A stretch of 64,000 nt of DNA. It comes from Batkoa obscura. Taxonomy: Eukaryota. Location of the stretch: the NCBI GenBank assembly GCA_030770535.1, contig JASVEC010000020.1, forward strand, positions 620,001 through 684,000. Reading direction: 5' to 3'. This document shows positions 47,364-59,602 of the stretch, piece after piece (the stretch's first letter is position 1; the number at the start of each line of letters is the position of its first letter). A program made the position numbers and the translations under genes. The notes below the pieces were generated by a model. That model worked only from the letters and a program-made list of their open reading frames with translations. It was not told the origin of the DNA and did no database searches.

Positions 47364-47816
47364 TGTGAAATCTGATACTAGTGATTGGAGTCAAAAACAG
47401 CTATTACCTGTTTGACTACACTGTAAGTCGAAAGGTTTTAGATTATATGACTAAGATATACTTGAATTACGAAGAATAGCATGTGATAGGCTACGGAATA
47501 TGTAAAACAAATAGAATAGACAGTACTAATGTAAAATCTATGTAAAATATTATTAAGTAAACTTAGTGGCTTTATCAAATGTTCGAGATATCAGGGAATA
47601 ATTCAGTTAAAAAGCCTCGAGTTACTATGTTCTAAAATCTCCGACAAGTATGGATATCAAAACAAGAGGGTAATATTATTTGCAATAAAGTTGGAAATTC
47701 TCACACCAAATTAAAATAAGAGACTCTAAATTGATTGTGCTTGAATTTGAGAACAGAGCAACTTAAGTGATTATTATGTTGTAGTCAATCATGAAGCTGA
47801 CAAAGCGATTCTCACA
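47364..47816 (+). mobile_element. Solo-LTR-like element (453 bp), more diverged
   Basis: TGTGAAA...TCTCACA; homologous to 33723-34186. Confidence 0.75.
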
Positions 47817-47946
47817 ATCGTCATTACATTAAAAGTTTAATGAATTATTTTAATAAAATAAACAATCCAGTAAGAAAATTTATGAATATATTAATAAAAA
47901 ACATAAAATTTTATATAAGTTTAATAATAATGAAAATTTATTATAT

Positions 47947-48043
47947 GGGGATGTTTTTCTGTATTTAAGAATTTTATCAACAAATTTTCCACTCAAATAG
48001 TGCTTAAAGATGGAAAAAGTAATGAAGGTAAAAAAACACTCCC
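47947..48043 (-). mobile_element. ~99-bp MITE
   Basis: Reverse copy; TSD ATAT/ATAT. Confidence 0.87.
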
Positions 48044-48514
48044 ATATCGTAGATTGAAATGATAGTTTTATAATGTTATGATATAATTATAAAATTAAAT
48101 TTAATAAAAACAAGCATTAAAAGCTATATATATGATTTTAGTTTGTTTATGGATTGGTTAAAAAAAGCTATTTAATTATATTTGTTAAATTTATATATAT
48201 TAATATTTATATAAATAGTACCAAAAAAAACAAAATTTATTATAAAAATTTCGATTCTAATAAAGCTTTGTTCTTTTAACTTGTTATCTTAATAATTTTG
48301 ACCTAGTTTGATTTACTAAAAATACAATTATAAATATAAATAATATTTATTTATTTTTAATATTTAGTTCCATTTTCTATAATAAAAAAACTTTCTCTAT
48401 AAAACAAGTATTAAGAAAATATAAAAACAAACTAGAACTATTCTCAATGACATTCCAATTAAACACTGAGTAAACACCATATCGAAGGCCTAGACAGTTT
48501 TTGTGAAATAATGT

Positions 48515-48613
48515 GGTAGTATTTTTTTTTACTTCATTATTTTTTCCATCTTTTAAGCGCTGTTTGAGTGGAAAATTTGTTGGTAAAATTCTTAAATACA
48601 AAAATACATCCCC
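48515..48613 (+). mobile_element. ~99-bp MITE
   Basis: TSD ATGT/ATGT. Confidence 0.86.
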
Positions 48614-49572
48614 ATGTGTTGCCTTATAATTTGTTTAATTTTAAGCAATGATTTATAATATTTTTACTTTAGATTACTATAGCTAGCTTTTAATTAAACA
48701 AAACATTTGTATATAGTTAAATCAATATTTAAGACAAAAATAAAGATTAAAGGTATTATTGACATTAGTCTATATGTTAATTATAAAGTTTAAGAAAATA
48801 TAATAATAGATTTAGGAAATGTTTATTATAAAATAAAACTTTAAAAAATTAAACTAAATTAATAAATAAATAATGAATTGGGTACTTTTAAGGTCATATG
48901 ATAAACTCTACAAAATTTTAATGGATAAAACATAAATTACTTCTAAAATGTTTAAGTAAAAAATAAGAATAGATTATCTAATTTTTATCATATTTAACAA
49001 AAATCCGGATTTTTTTAACTTTATATCCAATTTTATTTCTAAAAAAATATAATATTATTGAAATAAAATCATTAATGATGCATTTTTTATTTACTAGTTA
49101 TAACTACTTTATTATTTTATAGCTAGAAATTGTATACTGTTGATTACGATGAAAAATTTAATGACATTGGTAAATTTTATTTTTAAATTTGAAAGGGACA
49201 ATGAGTACTTTTGAGGTTATAAAAAGTCATAGGAATCAATAAGGATTAAATAATAACAATCACTAATCATTAGTTGTTAGTGAAATACATTTATTCAGTG
49301 GAAACCTTGATTATAATTGGACGATTTATAAATAACTAGGAATATCATCAAATAAATGAGTAGGTTATACAATAGTACGGAAATAACAAGAGAGATGGAA
49401 CATTCTATTTTTATAAAAAAGAGTACTTTTGAGGTTATAGAAAAAAACACTAAATTAAAGAAAAACAAATAAACATGGAAAAATATGTATATATAGAAAG
49501 ACTTGAACTAATAAGATAGATACCTTGCTTTATAAAAAAAATTTATAGAAAAACAAAGTAGATACCTAAAAG

Positions 49573-51630
49573 ATGGAAAATAAGACGAATGATTTAAACG
49601 ATGAAAAGTTGTATGAAATCAATCCAATATTTGTTAAAAATATACTAGATTATAATGATAATCAGATCTTAAATGAAGGTGACGATAACCCCATTGAGTT
49701 TACTTGGAGAGCATCAATACTAGGTTCCTTTTTAGGCTGTATCATAGCTACAAGCAATATGTATTTAGGATTGAAATCTGGATGGACGTTTGCAGCTTCA
49801 ATATTTGGAGCAATTTTAGGATATGGGATACTAAAACCGTGGTCAAAATTACCGACCTACCTAGGAGGAGGAGGCGAATTTGGTATAAAAGAAAATTGTA
49901 CTATACAGACCGCAGCTGTAGCGGCAGGCGGTTTGTTTGCTGGGTATGTTTCAGGAATACCAGCAATGTTTCGATTAAATTTACTTCCACCTTTAAATGA
50001 ATGCTGGTCCATGTTCTTTTTATGGACCTTAGCAGCCGCTTTTTATGGTATGTTCTTTGCGGTTCCATTAAGACACTATTATATTATAAGCCAAAAATTA
50101 ATCTTTCCTTCTCCTACAGCAGCAGCTAATACAATAATTTCTTTGCATAGTAAAAAAAACAGAACAGCAGCTACTAAAACTAAATGGTTGTTAAGCTCAT
50201 TTATTATCTCAATTTTATATAAAATAACTGGTTATTTTATACCGACCATAATTGACCTTCATATATTATATTGGTTCTCATTAACAAATATTGATAACAA
50301 TGTTTCACAAACTCTATCAACCATAGATTTGGTATGGAAGTGGCATTTTCAAGTCACAACGGCATTTTTTGGCGCAGGTATGATGGTAGGATTAAACACA
50401 GCTATTTCTTTCTTTGTAGGGGACATATTGGCTTGGGGAATTATTGGTCCTTATTTATTTTATGATCACCCTGATCAAGTATTGAAAAATAAACCATGGG
50501 GATTTAAAGATAATGGAGCTACCGTACAAACATGGAATTTATGGGTGGGGATAGTTATTTTACTATGCTCTTCATTTACTGAGTTATTTATGCAGTATAA
50601 ATCATTATTATCTGCGGTCAAATCTGGTATAATTCAATTAAATAATTTATTAGCAAAAGTAATTCCCATTAAAAAAAGAATATTCAATGGCTCTGATAAT
50701 ATAGATCCGGTCCCTATAGAAGGCCAAGTGCCAATTTGGATGTGGGTAACTGGAACACTAGCTTCATTACTTTTAACTGTCTTAGTTTTAAAATTTTACT
50801 TTGAAATGTCAATACCAGCTGGAATTCTAGCTGCTTTGTTGGGCTTTTTGTTTTCGTTCATTGGGTGTCAAACAGCAGGAGAAACCGACATTAACCCAAC
50901 TGGCGTCATAGGGAAAGCGTCTCAATTTTGTTTTGCCGGTATACCAGCACCGAGCCTTAATATATTAAGATTAAATAATTTGATTGCTGGTAGTGTGGCA
51001 TCGGCATGTAGTCAACAAACAGTGGATATGGTAGGGGATTTAAAAACTGGTTATTTGTTAAATGTATCTCCACGTTCCCAATTTTATGCTCAAATAGTTG
51101 GCTCCGTATTTGGTGTAGTTATTGCTGTTGTATTATTTATGTTATTTGCTACTGCTTATCCATGTATATTGGATATAAACTCTTCTACTGAAACATGTGA
51201 ATTCCCAGTCCCTGGCGCAGCAGCTTGGACTGGGGTTACTATAGCGTTGACTAAAAATATTAATGATATCATACCTTTGTCATGCAAAATAGCATGCTTG
51301 ATATTTGCGATAGTAACTATAGTATCTACAGTACTTAAAAATACTTTGTTAAAGAATTATAGAGCTTATATGCCGAATTGGAATTCTATTGGGTTAGCTT
51401 TTGTCAATTCAACACCATGCTTACCTGTTTCAAACTTATTAGGGGCAATTATTGGATTTATTTGGAATAAGTATAATCCTAACCTATGGGGAATTGCCGG
51501 GATTCCACTAGCATCTGGATTAATTGCTGGTGAAGGTATTGGAGGACTCTTTCATGCTATCTTTAACCTTATTGGTCTATCACAAGATGAATATGCTATT
51601 AAATTTGCATGTCCAAATAACAAATGTTGA
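49573..51630 (+). CDS. OPT-superfamily transporter, YSL-like clade
   Basis: Same motif set as the 18803 paralogue. Confidence 0.93.
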   Translation: MENKTNDLNDEKLYEINPIFVKNILDYNDNQILNEGDDNPIEFTWRASILGSFLGCIIATSNMYLGLKSGWTFAASIFGAILGYGILKPWSKLPTYLGGGGEFGIKENCTIQTAAVAAGGLFAGYVSGIPAMFRLNLLPPLNECWSMFFLWTLAAAFYGMFFAVPLRHYYIISQKLIFPSPTAAANTIISLHSKKNRTAATKTKWLLSSFIISILYKITGYFIPTIIDLHILYWFSLTNIDNNVSQTLSTIDLVWKWHFQVTTAFFGAGMMVGLNTAISFFVGDILAWGIIGPYLFYDHPDQVLKNKPWGFKDNGATVQTWNLWVGIVILLCSSFTELFMQYKSLLSAVKSGIIQLNNLLAKVIPIKKRIFNGSDNIDPVPIEGQVPIWMWVTGTLASLLLTVLVLKFYFEMSIPAGILAALLGFLFSFIGCQTAGETDINPTGVIGKASQFCFAGIPAPSLNILRLNNLIAGSVASACSQQTVDMVGDLKTGYLLNVSPRSQFYAQIVGSVFGVVIAVVLFMLFATAYPCILDINSSTETCEFPVPGAAAWTGVTIALTKNINDIIPLSCKIACLIFAIVTIVSTVLKNTLLKNYRAYMPNWNSIGLAFVNSTPCLPVSNLLGAIIGFIWNKYNPNLWGIAGIPLASGLIAGEGIGGLFHAIFNLIGLSQDEYAIKFACPNNKC

Positions 51631-53122
51631 CTTAATAAATGATTATTTTTAGCTTTAACCTTTCAATGTAAATTAGACTATTAGAATTTGACAAATTTAT
51701 TTTTATACATTTGGTAAATAAAACACAATCATTCGTATTATTGTAAAAAACAAACTGTGTTAATGAATGTTTATTTTATCTTGTGTGTGAATCAGTGATT
51801 TGTGACATTCAAATATTTGTATTTTGGATTAAAAATAAATAATCTTATAAATCTATATTTAATAAAATGTCTTAAATTAACTTAAATAGTCTATAATTAC
51901 ATAAGCGAATAAAAAATGTATAATAAATTTAGCTTGCATTACACATAATAAAAACATTTTAAATAATATGAGTAATAAAATGATAAATTATCGTTTATTA
52001 AAATTAAATTTGAAAAAGCTAATACTACAACTATAATAGCATATACTAAATAACATAAAAAATAATAATTGGATAATTTAGTGGGGAAATGAAAACGGCT
52101 ATTACATCAGCTTTATTCACAATAATATTTCTGTTTTTTATCTATTTCAAAAGGTGGATTTTATTTCAGTTTTTTTAATATAGTAAGAGTGTGTTTATTG
52201 CATAAAGTTGTAACACAATTTTTGTAGTTTCAGATTAAGGTAGTGTTTAATTGCATAATTTATTAAGTTTATAATTTAACTTTCTAGAAATTAAATTTAA
52301 AATAGATAACTATTATATTGTTAAAGATTAAATTAAAGATCTAAAGTTATACTTTTGGTTTATATTGTCAAGTTGGTTAAAAAATACATATAAGTCTTTG
52401 ATGTCGTATAAAGCCAGTTGAGTCAAAAACGTTACTATTTAATAATAATTGTATTTTAGGTTATATCCCAAATCTCAATAATAAATTAGCTCTGGTATAA
52501 AAAATTATATTTACCAAAGAATAATAACATATTTGCTGTGTACATTCTCTGTAAAAAAATCAGTGCCTTAAACTGAATCTAAAACATAAAATGGGTATTT
52601 GAGGTTATTGAATAATCACAAATATTGTATAAATTTGACAAAAACATAGAAAAGTAATTAGTCACTAATCAATTGTTCATCGATTTAGAAGCACAGTCAA
52701 AGCTTATTGGCTCTAATTCTACCTTAAGATACGGAAAATTATAAATGATTAATTGATCATTAAAAATTATTTAACCAAATTAAAAGTAATTATCTAATCG
52801 CAAAGCTTCTTTTAATTTGCTAATATTTTTTATTTTAGCAAATAAAAAGTCTTATTAATTTCCTCAACAAATGAAATGCTTTTTTTCATAATAAAAGCGT
52901 TTAACTTCTCAAAATGGCAAAGTGATCTTATATTCACAAACCGGTCCCAGGTAAAAAAGGTGTAAGAAAACTGTTGTTGAAATAAGTAATAATTAGTAAA
53001 TAAACCCAGAACTATTGGCTGGCTTAAAGCTATATGGTAGCTAGTATTTAAACTAAGATTAGGCTTGTATCCCTTTTTTTCTCAATTTCATTATTTTCAT
53101 TTCATTAAAATTACTGTTAATA

Positions 53123-53881
53123 ATGTCGATTTCAAATAAGCATAAAAATAAAAAAGGCTGGAGAGCCTTTAAAGGAGTTGTGAAATCTTTATTTAAAGAT
53201 AATGTTAAATTAAAGAGTGAACAAGCAGAGGAAATTCAATTTGATGGTTTTAGTTGGAGACCGCCTGTTATCCTCAGATTAGAAGAATCTGTATTTAATC
53301 CCGATTACTCGATAACTTTAGGATGTAGCAATAATAGCTCCAGTGAATCACTTACAGCATCGCTCTCAAGCTCATCTTCGATTACTATAGCACATCCTTT
53401 TTATTTAAGTAAAGTACCCTCAAATGTAAAGATACCGTTAAAGAGTTCTATGAAATCTTTAAGAGCGTCACCTTCAGAACCATGCCTCAATGGAATGATA
53501 GATAAAAGTGATTCGAGTCTTAAAGACACTTTAAACTATCTAAACATTACATTTCATTTTGAAGACAATGATGAAGATAATGAAACTAAAGTTGTCATTC
53601 GTAGCCATACAGCAACCCCATTTAATAAGTGTAAGCGATTGCCATTTTCTAGTCAAGCTCAAGTTAAAACAAACCTTTCAAAAGCGAAGGCTTTAAGATT
53701 TGATGAGAATGTAGTTGTGTATGAAACTTATAACATTGAAGATTATCCAAGGACAGCAGTTGAGCCACCTGAGTTTACCAAGAAAGAACTCGAAAGAGTG
53801 AATAAGGAAATTAGGAAATACAAGCTAGGAGAAATGAGAGTCCATCCTGAGTCATTCAATAATCTACTTCTGTCAGTTTAA
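53123..53881 (+). CDS. Putative PP1 regulatory protein with a Bni4/Phactr-like C-terminal domain
   Basis: LKSSMK (SILK-like), KALRFDENVVVYETY..EDYPR, and ERVNKEIRKYKLGEMRVHPES, matching the RVxF..DYDR..ELN.FK.EMEVH.S domain. Confidence 0.7.
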   Translation: MSISNKHKNKKGWRAFKGVVKSLFKDNVKLKSEQAEEIQFDGFSWRPPVILRLEESVFNPDYSITLGCSNNSSSESLTASLSSSSSITIAHPFYLSKVPSNVKIPLKSSMKSLRASPSEPCLNGMIDKSDSSLKDTLNYLNITFHFEDNDEDNETKVVIRSHTATPFNKCKRLPFSSQAQVKTNLSKAKALRFDENVVVYETYNIEDYPRTAVEPPEFTKKELERVNKEIRKYKLGEMRVHPESFNNLLLSV

Positions 53882-55524
53882 GTTATTTATCATAGGTATA
53901 GGTGCCAAAGTTGTATTTAAGGCACTATTTAGTACTATTTTTTTACATATCATGTTTACGTTTCGTTTTTACTCGTTCCTTTGTCTTTATTTATGAATTC
54001 AAATAAACATTTATCCACTTATTTGGCATTCTCAATATAATTTTTTAAAATTTTATGTATATTTATAAAAAAAACACTAAATCATTACATAACTATTTTA
54101 CAACTGAACATGATGATGATATTAACTTGTGATTCCTTATTAAAATAGAATAAGCAATTTTTTCAACGTCTTTTTTTAAAATCAACTTTAATTATGTTTT
54201 ATTTCAGTTTAAAGCTTAGTTAGAAATAAGAGTTGATTTATTAACACTATGTAAAAGAAGTCATTATTTGAAACAGACATCCTTAGTTATTAAAGTAAAA
54301 TAATACAAGTTCTATTTTCTTGGGAAGGATTGGTTAGCTAAGTTACTTGGCTTCCATACTAAGCTCGGTTTTTCGCTATTTTATTTTAGCATTCAATTCT
54401 ACTAAAAAAATGGGCAATAGCTTAGCTATTTGGTTAAAAAATAAGGTTACTTTTTATTGAAAGTAGGCTTTTGAAGTTAGAACCTTATTTCAAACCTTCA
54501 AATACTAAGTTAAAAAATAGTTTTGTTTTCCTGAGATGTTCCCTGGGTAAAAAGAAACTACTTTCGAAATTAGCAACTTCGTATATCATATTTAATTGAG
54601 GTATTGATTTAGAATAAAAATAAAATAAAAATTCATTTCAATGTGTTTCTTGATAATATCTATCAAATAAGTAGAGTGTCAATGTTTTTATGTTAAATGT
54701 TTTTATACTCTATTAAGTAAAGTAAGTTTAAAGATACTTTTAGTCTTATAAATATTTAATAGGTGTAAAATGAACTCTAACCAAAATAGTTAGTCTAGCA
54801 TTTACCCAACACCTCAATTTAAAAGAATAAACTTGTTTTGTATAAGCCTTGAAAATTTTAATTAGCTTTTATGTTTACTAAGTCTATATTTATTTCAAAG
54901 AACTGTTTATACTAAAAATATAGAATATAAGTTTAGTTACATTAAGTCTCAATTTTATGCCATGCTATTATTTTTTACATAAAAAATCATAGCGTGTATT
55001 TAAATATACTTTATATAGTTGTGCAATATTACAACAAGATAGTCAAAATATATTCAAATGATCCTAAAGTAGTATGAATAATGTGATGATACAATGAAAA
55101 TCATAAATTATAACTACTCATTTTATTTGATGCTTAGTTGTTGTGTGATTGATAAAGCAATATAATGCAGGAAAGGTTCAGTATATTTTTGTATAAAGCT
55201 ATATCAATTGCATCTACTATATTTAATATACAAACGGTATTCAATATTTTTTATTAATACTATTAATGTATAAGGACGCTTTTGACATTATTTTTTTTCA
55301 GGGAGTATATAACAACGTGATTATTTTTTATTATTATTAATATCATATGTAGAACTTGTTGGGTAATAGCTGACAATCTTTTATAAAAAATTTAACAAGA
55401 TTACTTTGTTTAGGAAACACTATCTGTTCACATTTAAATAAGATTTATTAATACTATTTAATAACATAACTTAAATAAGTATAAATATAGATACTTTACA
55501 TATTTTTCAAAAAAATTGTTTACT

Positions 55525-57570
55525 ATGTCAAAAGCACAGCAGATACTAGATATAGCATCTTCAAGCAAAGACATTTATTCTTTAGACCATGAAGAGCGAG
55601 ATAGTGATTTAGATGAATATACCGATAATCAAGGAGAATCTGAGGCCCAATTTACAATTAGAGCAGCACTCCTAGGATCCATCTTAGGCTGTGTAGTATC
55701 AGCAAGTAATATTTATCTAGGATTAAAATCCGGATTCAGCTTCCCAGCTTCCATTTTTGGTGCAATATTAGGATATGCTATACTTAAGCCATGGTCTAAG
55801 TTACCATTATATCTTGGTGGGGGTTATTTTGGAATCAAAGAAAATTGTACAGTACAAACAGCAGCCACAGCAGCAGGAGGTTTATCGGTTGGATTTATTA
55901 ATGGTATACCAACCATGTTTCGGCTGGAGTTATTTCAGCTTCCATTGGACCATTATTGGAGTATGCTATTTTTATGGACGCTAGCAGCAGGTTTTTATGG
56001 TCTATTTTTTGCAATTCCTTTAAGATCCTACTTTATAATTAAACAAAAATTGATTTTTCCATCTCCTACTGCCTCAGCTAATACCATTCTTTCCTTACAT
56101 TCCAAAGGTGGGAAAGAAGCAAAAATTCAAACTAAGTGGATTATGTATTCTTTTATAAGTGCTTTTATTTATAAAGTGGTAGGTTATTTTGTCCCATTTA
56201 TTATTGACCTACATATTCTTTGGTGGATTTCAGTCCCGACTGGCTCCAAGTTATTAGCTACTATCGATGTTTTTTGGAGATGGCACTTTCAATTAACAAC
56301 TGCTTTTTTTGGTTCAGGCATGATTGTTGGTTTTAACACAGCCTTTTCTTTCTTCTTTGGAAGTGTATTAGCTTGGGGGATTATTGGCCCTGTATTATTT
56401 TATAGTGATAATAATGAAATAGTGAAAGTATCTCCATGGGGGTATGATAAAAATAAAGCAACAGTTCAATCATGGAATTTATGGATTGGTACTGTCATTT
56501 TATTATGCTGTTCTTTTACTGAGTTATTGATGCAATCAAAGTCAATTTTTAATGGTTTTAAAAGTAGTTTGATCCAGCTTTATAATATAATTGCTAAATT
56601 ATTTCGTATAAGAAGGGTTGAGCATAATCTCGGAGATAATGAAGATCCAGTTCCAGAAAATGAACTTGTTCCAACTTGGATGTGGGTTTCTGGTACTATA
56701 ATTTCTGGAATACTTACAATTATTGTGTTAGTTATATATTTTGAGATGAATGTAGGGGCTGGAATATTAGCAATTATATTAGGATTTATGTTTTCACTTA
56801 TAGGCTGTCAAGCAGCAGGTGAAACTGATATTAATCCAGTCGGGGTTATTGGAAAAGCATCTCAATTCGTATTTGCTGGAATACCTGGTGCTAATTTAAA
56901 AGTACGACAACTTAATAATTTAATTGCTGGTTCACTTGCTGCAGCCTGTGGATCTCAGGCGGTAGATATGGTAGGAGATTTAAAAACTGGTCACATTTTG
57001 AAAGCATCTCCACGCTCTCAATTTTATGCACAGATTGTTGGATCTGTGTTTGGAGTTGTTATCGCCGTAGTTTTATTTATGTTATTTGGTAAAGCATATC
57101 CTTGTATTCTGATCCAACAGAAAATAGGCTCTCCACCCTGTGAATTTCCTGCACCAGGTGTTGCAGCTTGGACAGCTGTAACTCAAGCTTTGACTTCAGA
57201 TATATTAAGAGTTATTCCAGAATCATGTAGAATCGCTTGTTTGGCGTTTGGTTTAAGTACAATTATATTAGTTGTTCTTAAAAACAGCTACTTAAAAAAA
57301 TATGCTGACTATATTCCAAATTGGAATGCTATTGGCATTGCTTTTATCAACCCAGCACCTGCACTCCCTATCGCCAGTGTCCTTGGTGCTTTAATCGGGG
57401 TTATTTGGAATAAAGCAAATCCAAAATACTGGAAAATTATGGGAATTGCTTTAGCATCTGGTTTAATTGCTGGTGAAGGCACTGGGGGAGTATTTCATGC
57501 AATTTTTAATATTGTTGGTTTGGATCCTAAAAAAGTATCAACAATGTTTGCAATGCCTATAGCTTTATAG
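55525..57570 (+). CDS. OPT-superfamily transporter, YSL-like clade
   Basis: OPT motifs; first ATG at 55525. Confidence 0.93.
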   Translation: MSKAQQILDIASSSKDIYSLDHEERDSDLDEYTDNQGESEAQFTIRAALLGSILGCVVSASNIYLGLKSGFSFPASIFGAILGYAILKPWSKLPLYLGGGYFGIKENCTVQTAATAAGGLSVGFINGIPTMFRLELFQLPLDHYWSMLFLWTLAAGFYGLFFAIPLRSYFIIKQKLIFPSPTASANTILSLHSKGGKEAKIQTKWIMYSFISAFIYKVVGYFVPFIIDLHILWWISVPTGSKLLATIDVFWRWHFQLTTAFFGSGMIVGFNTAFSFFFGSVLAWGIIGPVLFYSDNNEIVKVSPWGYDKNKATVQSWNLWIGTVILLCCSFTELLMQSKSIFNGFKSSLIQLYNIIAKLFRIRRVEHNLGDNEDPVPENELVPTWMWVSGTIISGILTIIVLVIYFEMNVGAGILAIILGFMFSLIGCQAAGETDINPVGVIGKASQFVFAGIPGANLKVRQLNNLIAGSLAAACGSQAVDMVGDLKTGHILKASPRSQFYAQIVGSVFGVVIAVVLFMLFGKAYPCILIQQKIGSPPCEFPAPGVAAWTAVTQALTSDILRVIPESCRIACLAFGLSTIILVVLKNSYLKKYADYIPNWNAIGIAFINPAPALPIASVLGALIGVIWNKANPKYWKIMGIALASGLIAGEGTGGVFHAIFNIVGLDPKKVSTMFAMPIAL

Positions 57571-57844
57571 TAGCAGTTTTATACAATAAATCCAATTAAA
57601 GTTTATTATTAATTTAATTTGTTTATAAATCTTGTTTTATCCCAAAAAAAATTAGCTTAAGCTACTGAAATTTAATCATATTAAGAATTTTTGTATAATG
57701 ATGCTTTTGTTTTTTATTTTTTTATAATTTATTTTTAGTAGTAAATCAAATTGATCAACTAAAGTAAAAGTAACTTAATGTTACTTAATCTAATTTTTTA
57801 AATGCTGAAAATATTCTACTTTTATTGTTGAGATTTTATATCTT

Positions 57845-57894
57845 ATTGTTGAAACTAATTAATTAATTGTTGAAACTAATTAATTAATTGTTGA
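57845..57894. repeat. 21-bp tandem repeat, about 2.4 copies (ATTGTTGAAACTAATTAATTA)
   Basis: Read directly. Confidence 0.8.
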
Positions 57895-57994
57895 GAATTA
57901 ATTGTCTTTAAAACAAAAAAATTGCCAACTATTTAAAAGTAAAATTTATCAATTTTTATAATCATACTAATTGATACAAAACACTACATACTAT

Positions 57995-58093
57995 GAGTAT
58001 ATATTTTTTTGTTTAGGAATTTTATTAGAAATTTTTCCATTCAAATAGTGCTTAGAAAAATGGAAAAAGTGATGAGACAAAAGAACACCCTCC
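57995..58093 (-). mobile_element. Degenerate MITE
   Basis: Reverse copy with decayed TIRs; boundaries approximate. Confidence 0.72.
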
Positions 58094-59602
58094 TACATTT
58101 ACGATTTTTTTATTCTATAAACCTTGACCCTTAAACCCTCTGTAATTTATAAATAAACTGAAAAAAAGGTGTTTCATTGAATTTTTGTCAAAAACTTATG
58201 CATTACATGATAGAAATCAATTATTATTACTACATTTAATTATGCTAGGTGGTATGACCTTAGTTTTATGGTGCTAGTTAGCAAACGTGGATCAACTTTT
58301 ATATAAAAAGGAGTTCATAATAAGACATATTTTTTAAAAGGCGAATGATCAAAAGACATTTTTATTAAATTGATCACTTTAAAAAAATATTATTGAAAAA
58401 TAATTCCATTCATTTTAATATTGTATTATTACTCTGTAGGTATATTAATAAAACCGTAGGTTGTATAGATATCTTTTGAATTTAACCCGTTCTCTCCTTT
58501 TTTATCATAAATGATAATAAAATTATTCTTTAAAAGTTTGACTAAGAAGTAAATAAGATTCTAGGTTATTAAAGCCATTGCGCATATAGAAGTTTATCAA
58601 AACCTTTTCTAACATGTTGTCAAAGCATGCCGCCTACATTCACCTCTTTAAATAAAACTAAGTGGAAAAAACTATTTTCCCTTCCTTTGGAGAAATCATC
58701 TTAAATAAAAATATTGTAGATTTTTTATTTTATCATCTTATAGATATCAAGGATATGCTTGGAATTATTTTATTAAAATTTATTTGATAAAAGTGTTCTT
58801 AAACCTGTTATTTCGAATAAAACGTTATCAATAACAGTAGTTTTTCGGTATTATATTACTAATAGATATTATTTAATATTTAGATTAAGCGCAAGTTATA
58901 GCTATTTGAGTATTAAAATAAGGTTTATTTAAACATAAGTGGTATGGTAAAGTAGAAGAACCTAAAAAAAAGATAAGATAACTTACCCTTTTTAAGATAG
59001 AATCATGTTATCTTATATATTTCTAAATTCAAATAAGAATTGAATTCAAGTGACAGCAATTTTAATTAGAAAAATAGATGGAGTAACTGAATTTATTGCT
59101 TTTATTCTGAACCAATTCTTTTTTAAATTACACTTGTTAGGAATTCTCAATGATTGTTTTTAGTTTTAAGGAAGACACCATCGGGTGTTTATTATTTGAC
59201 GTGGAAAGAGTCATTATCGAAATTCTTGATTATCATGTTCTAATGTTGATTCAATATTAAGAGATAATATTAATTTAAAATATTAAAAAATAAAGTATCA
59301 TTATAAAGAAAGTAAAGTAATTGAAACACCCAATAGTAGTTTGATTATTTGCAATAAATTAAACGTTATTACTTGTATTTTTTACTATTTCCAGTTTAAT
59401 TAACGGTTCTTAAGAATACAATTTTTTTGGCTATTCAATACTGCTATGGTAGGAATTAAGAATCATCCCGACTTCACATGATTGTAATTTCTATCTAAAA
59501 ACAGTCACTAGAACTATTAAATTTATGGCATAAAAAAAAGCACTATAAATAAAGCTGAAAAGCAATTTGATTAATCAAACCTTTTTTAATAAATTATTTA
59601 AC

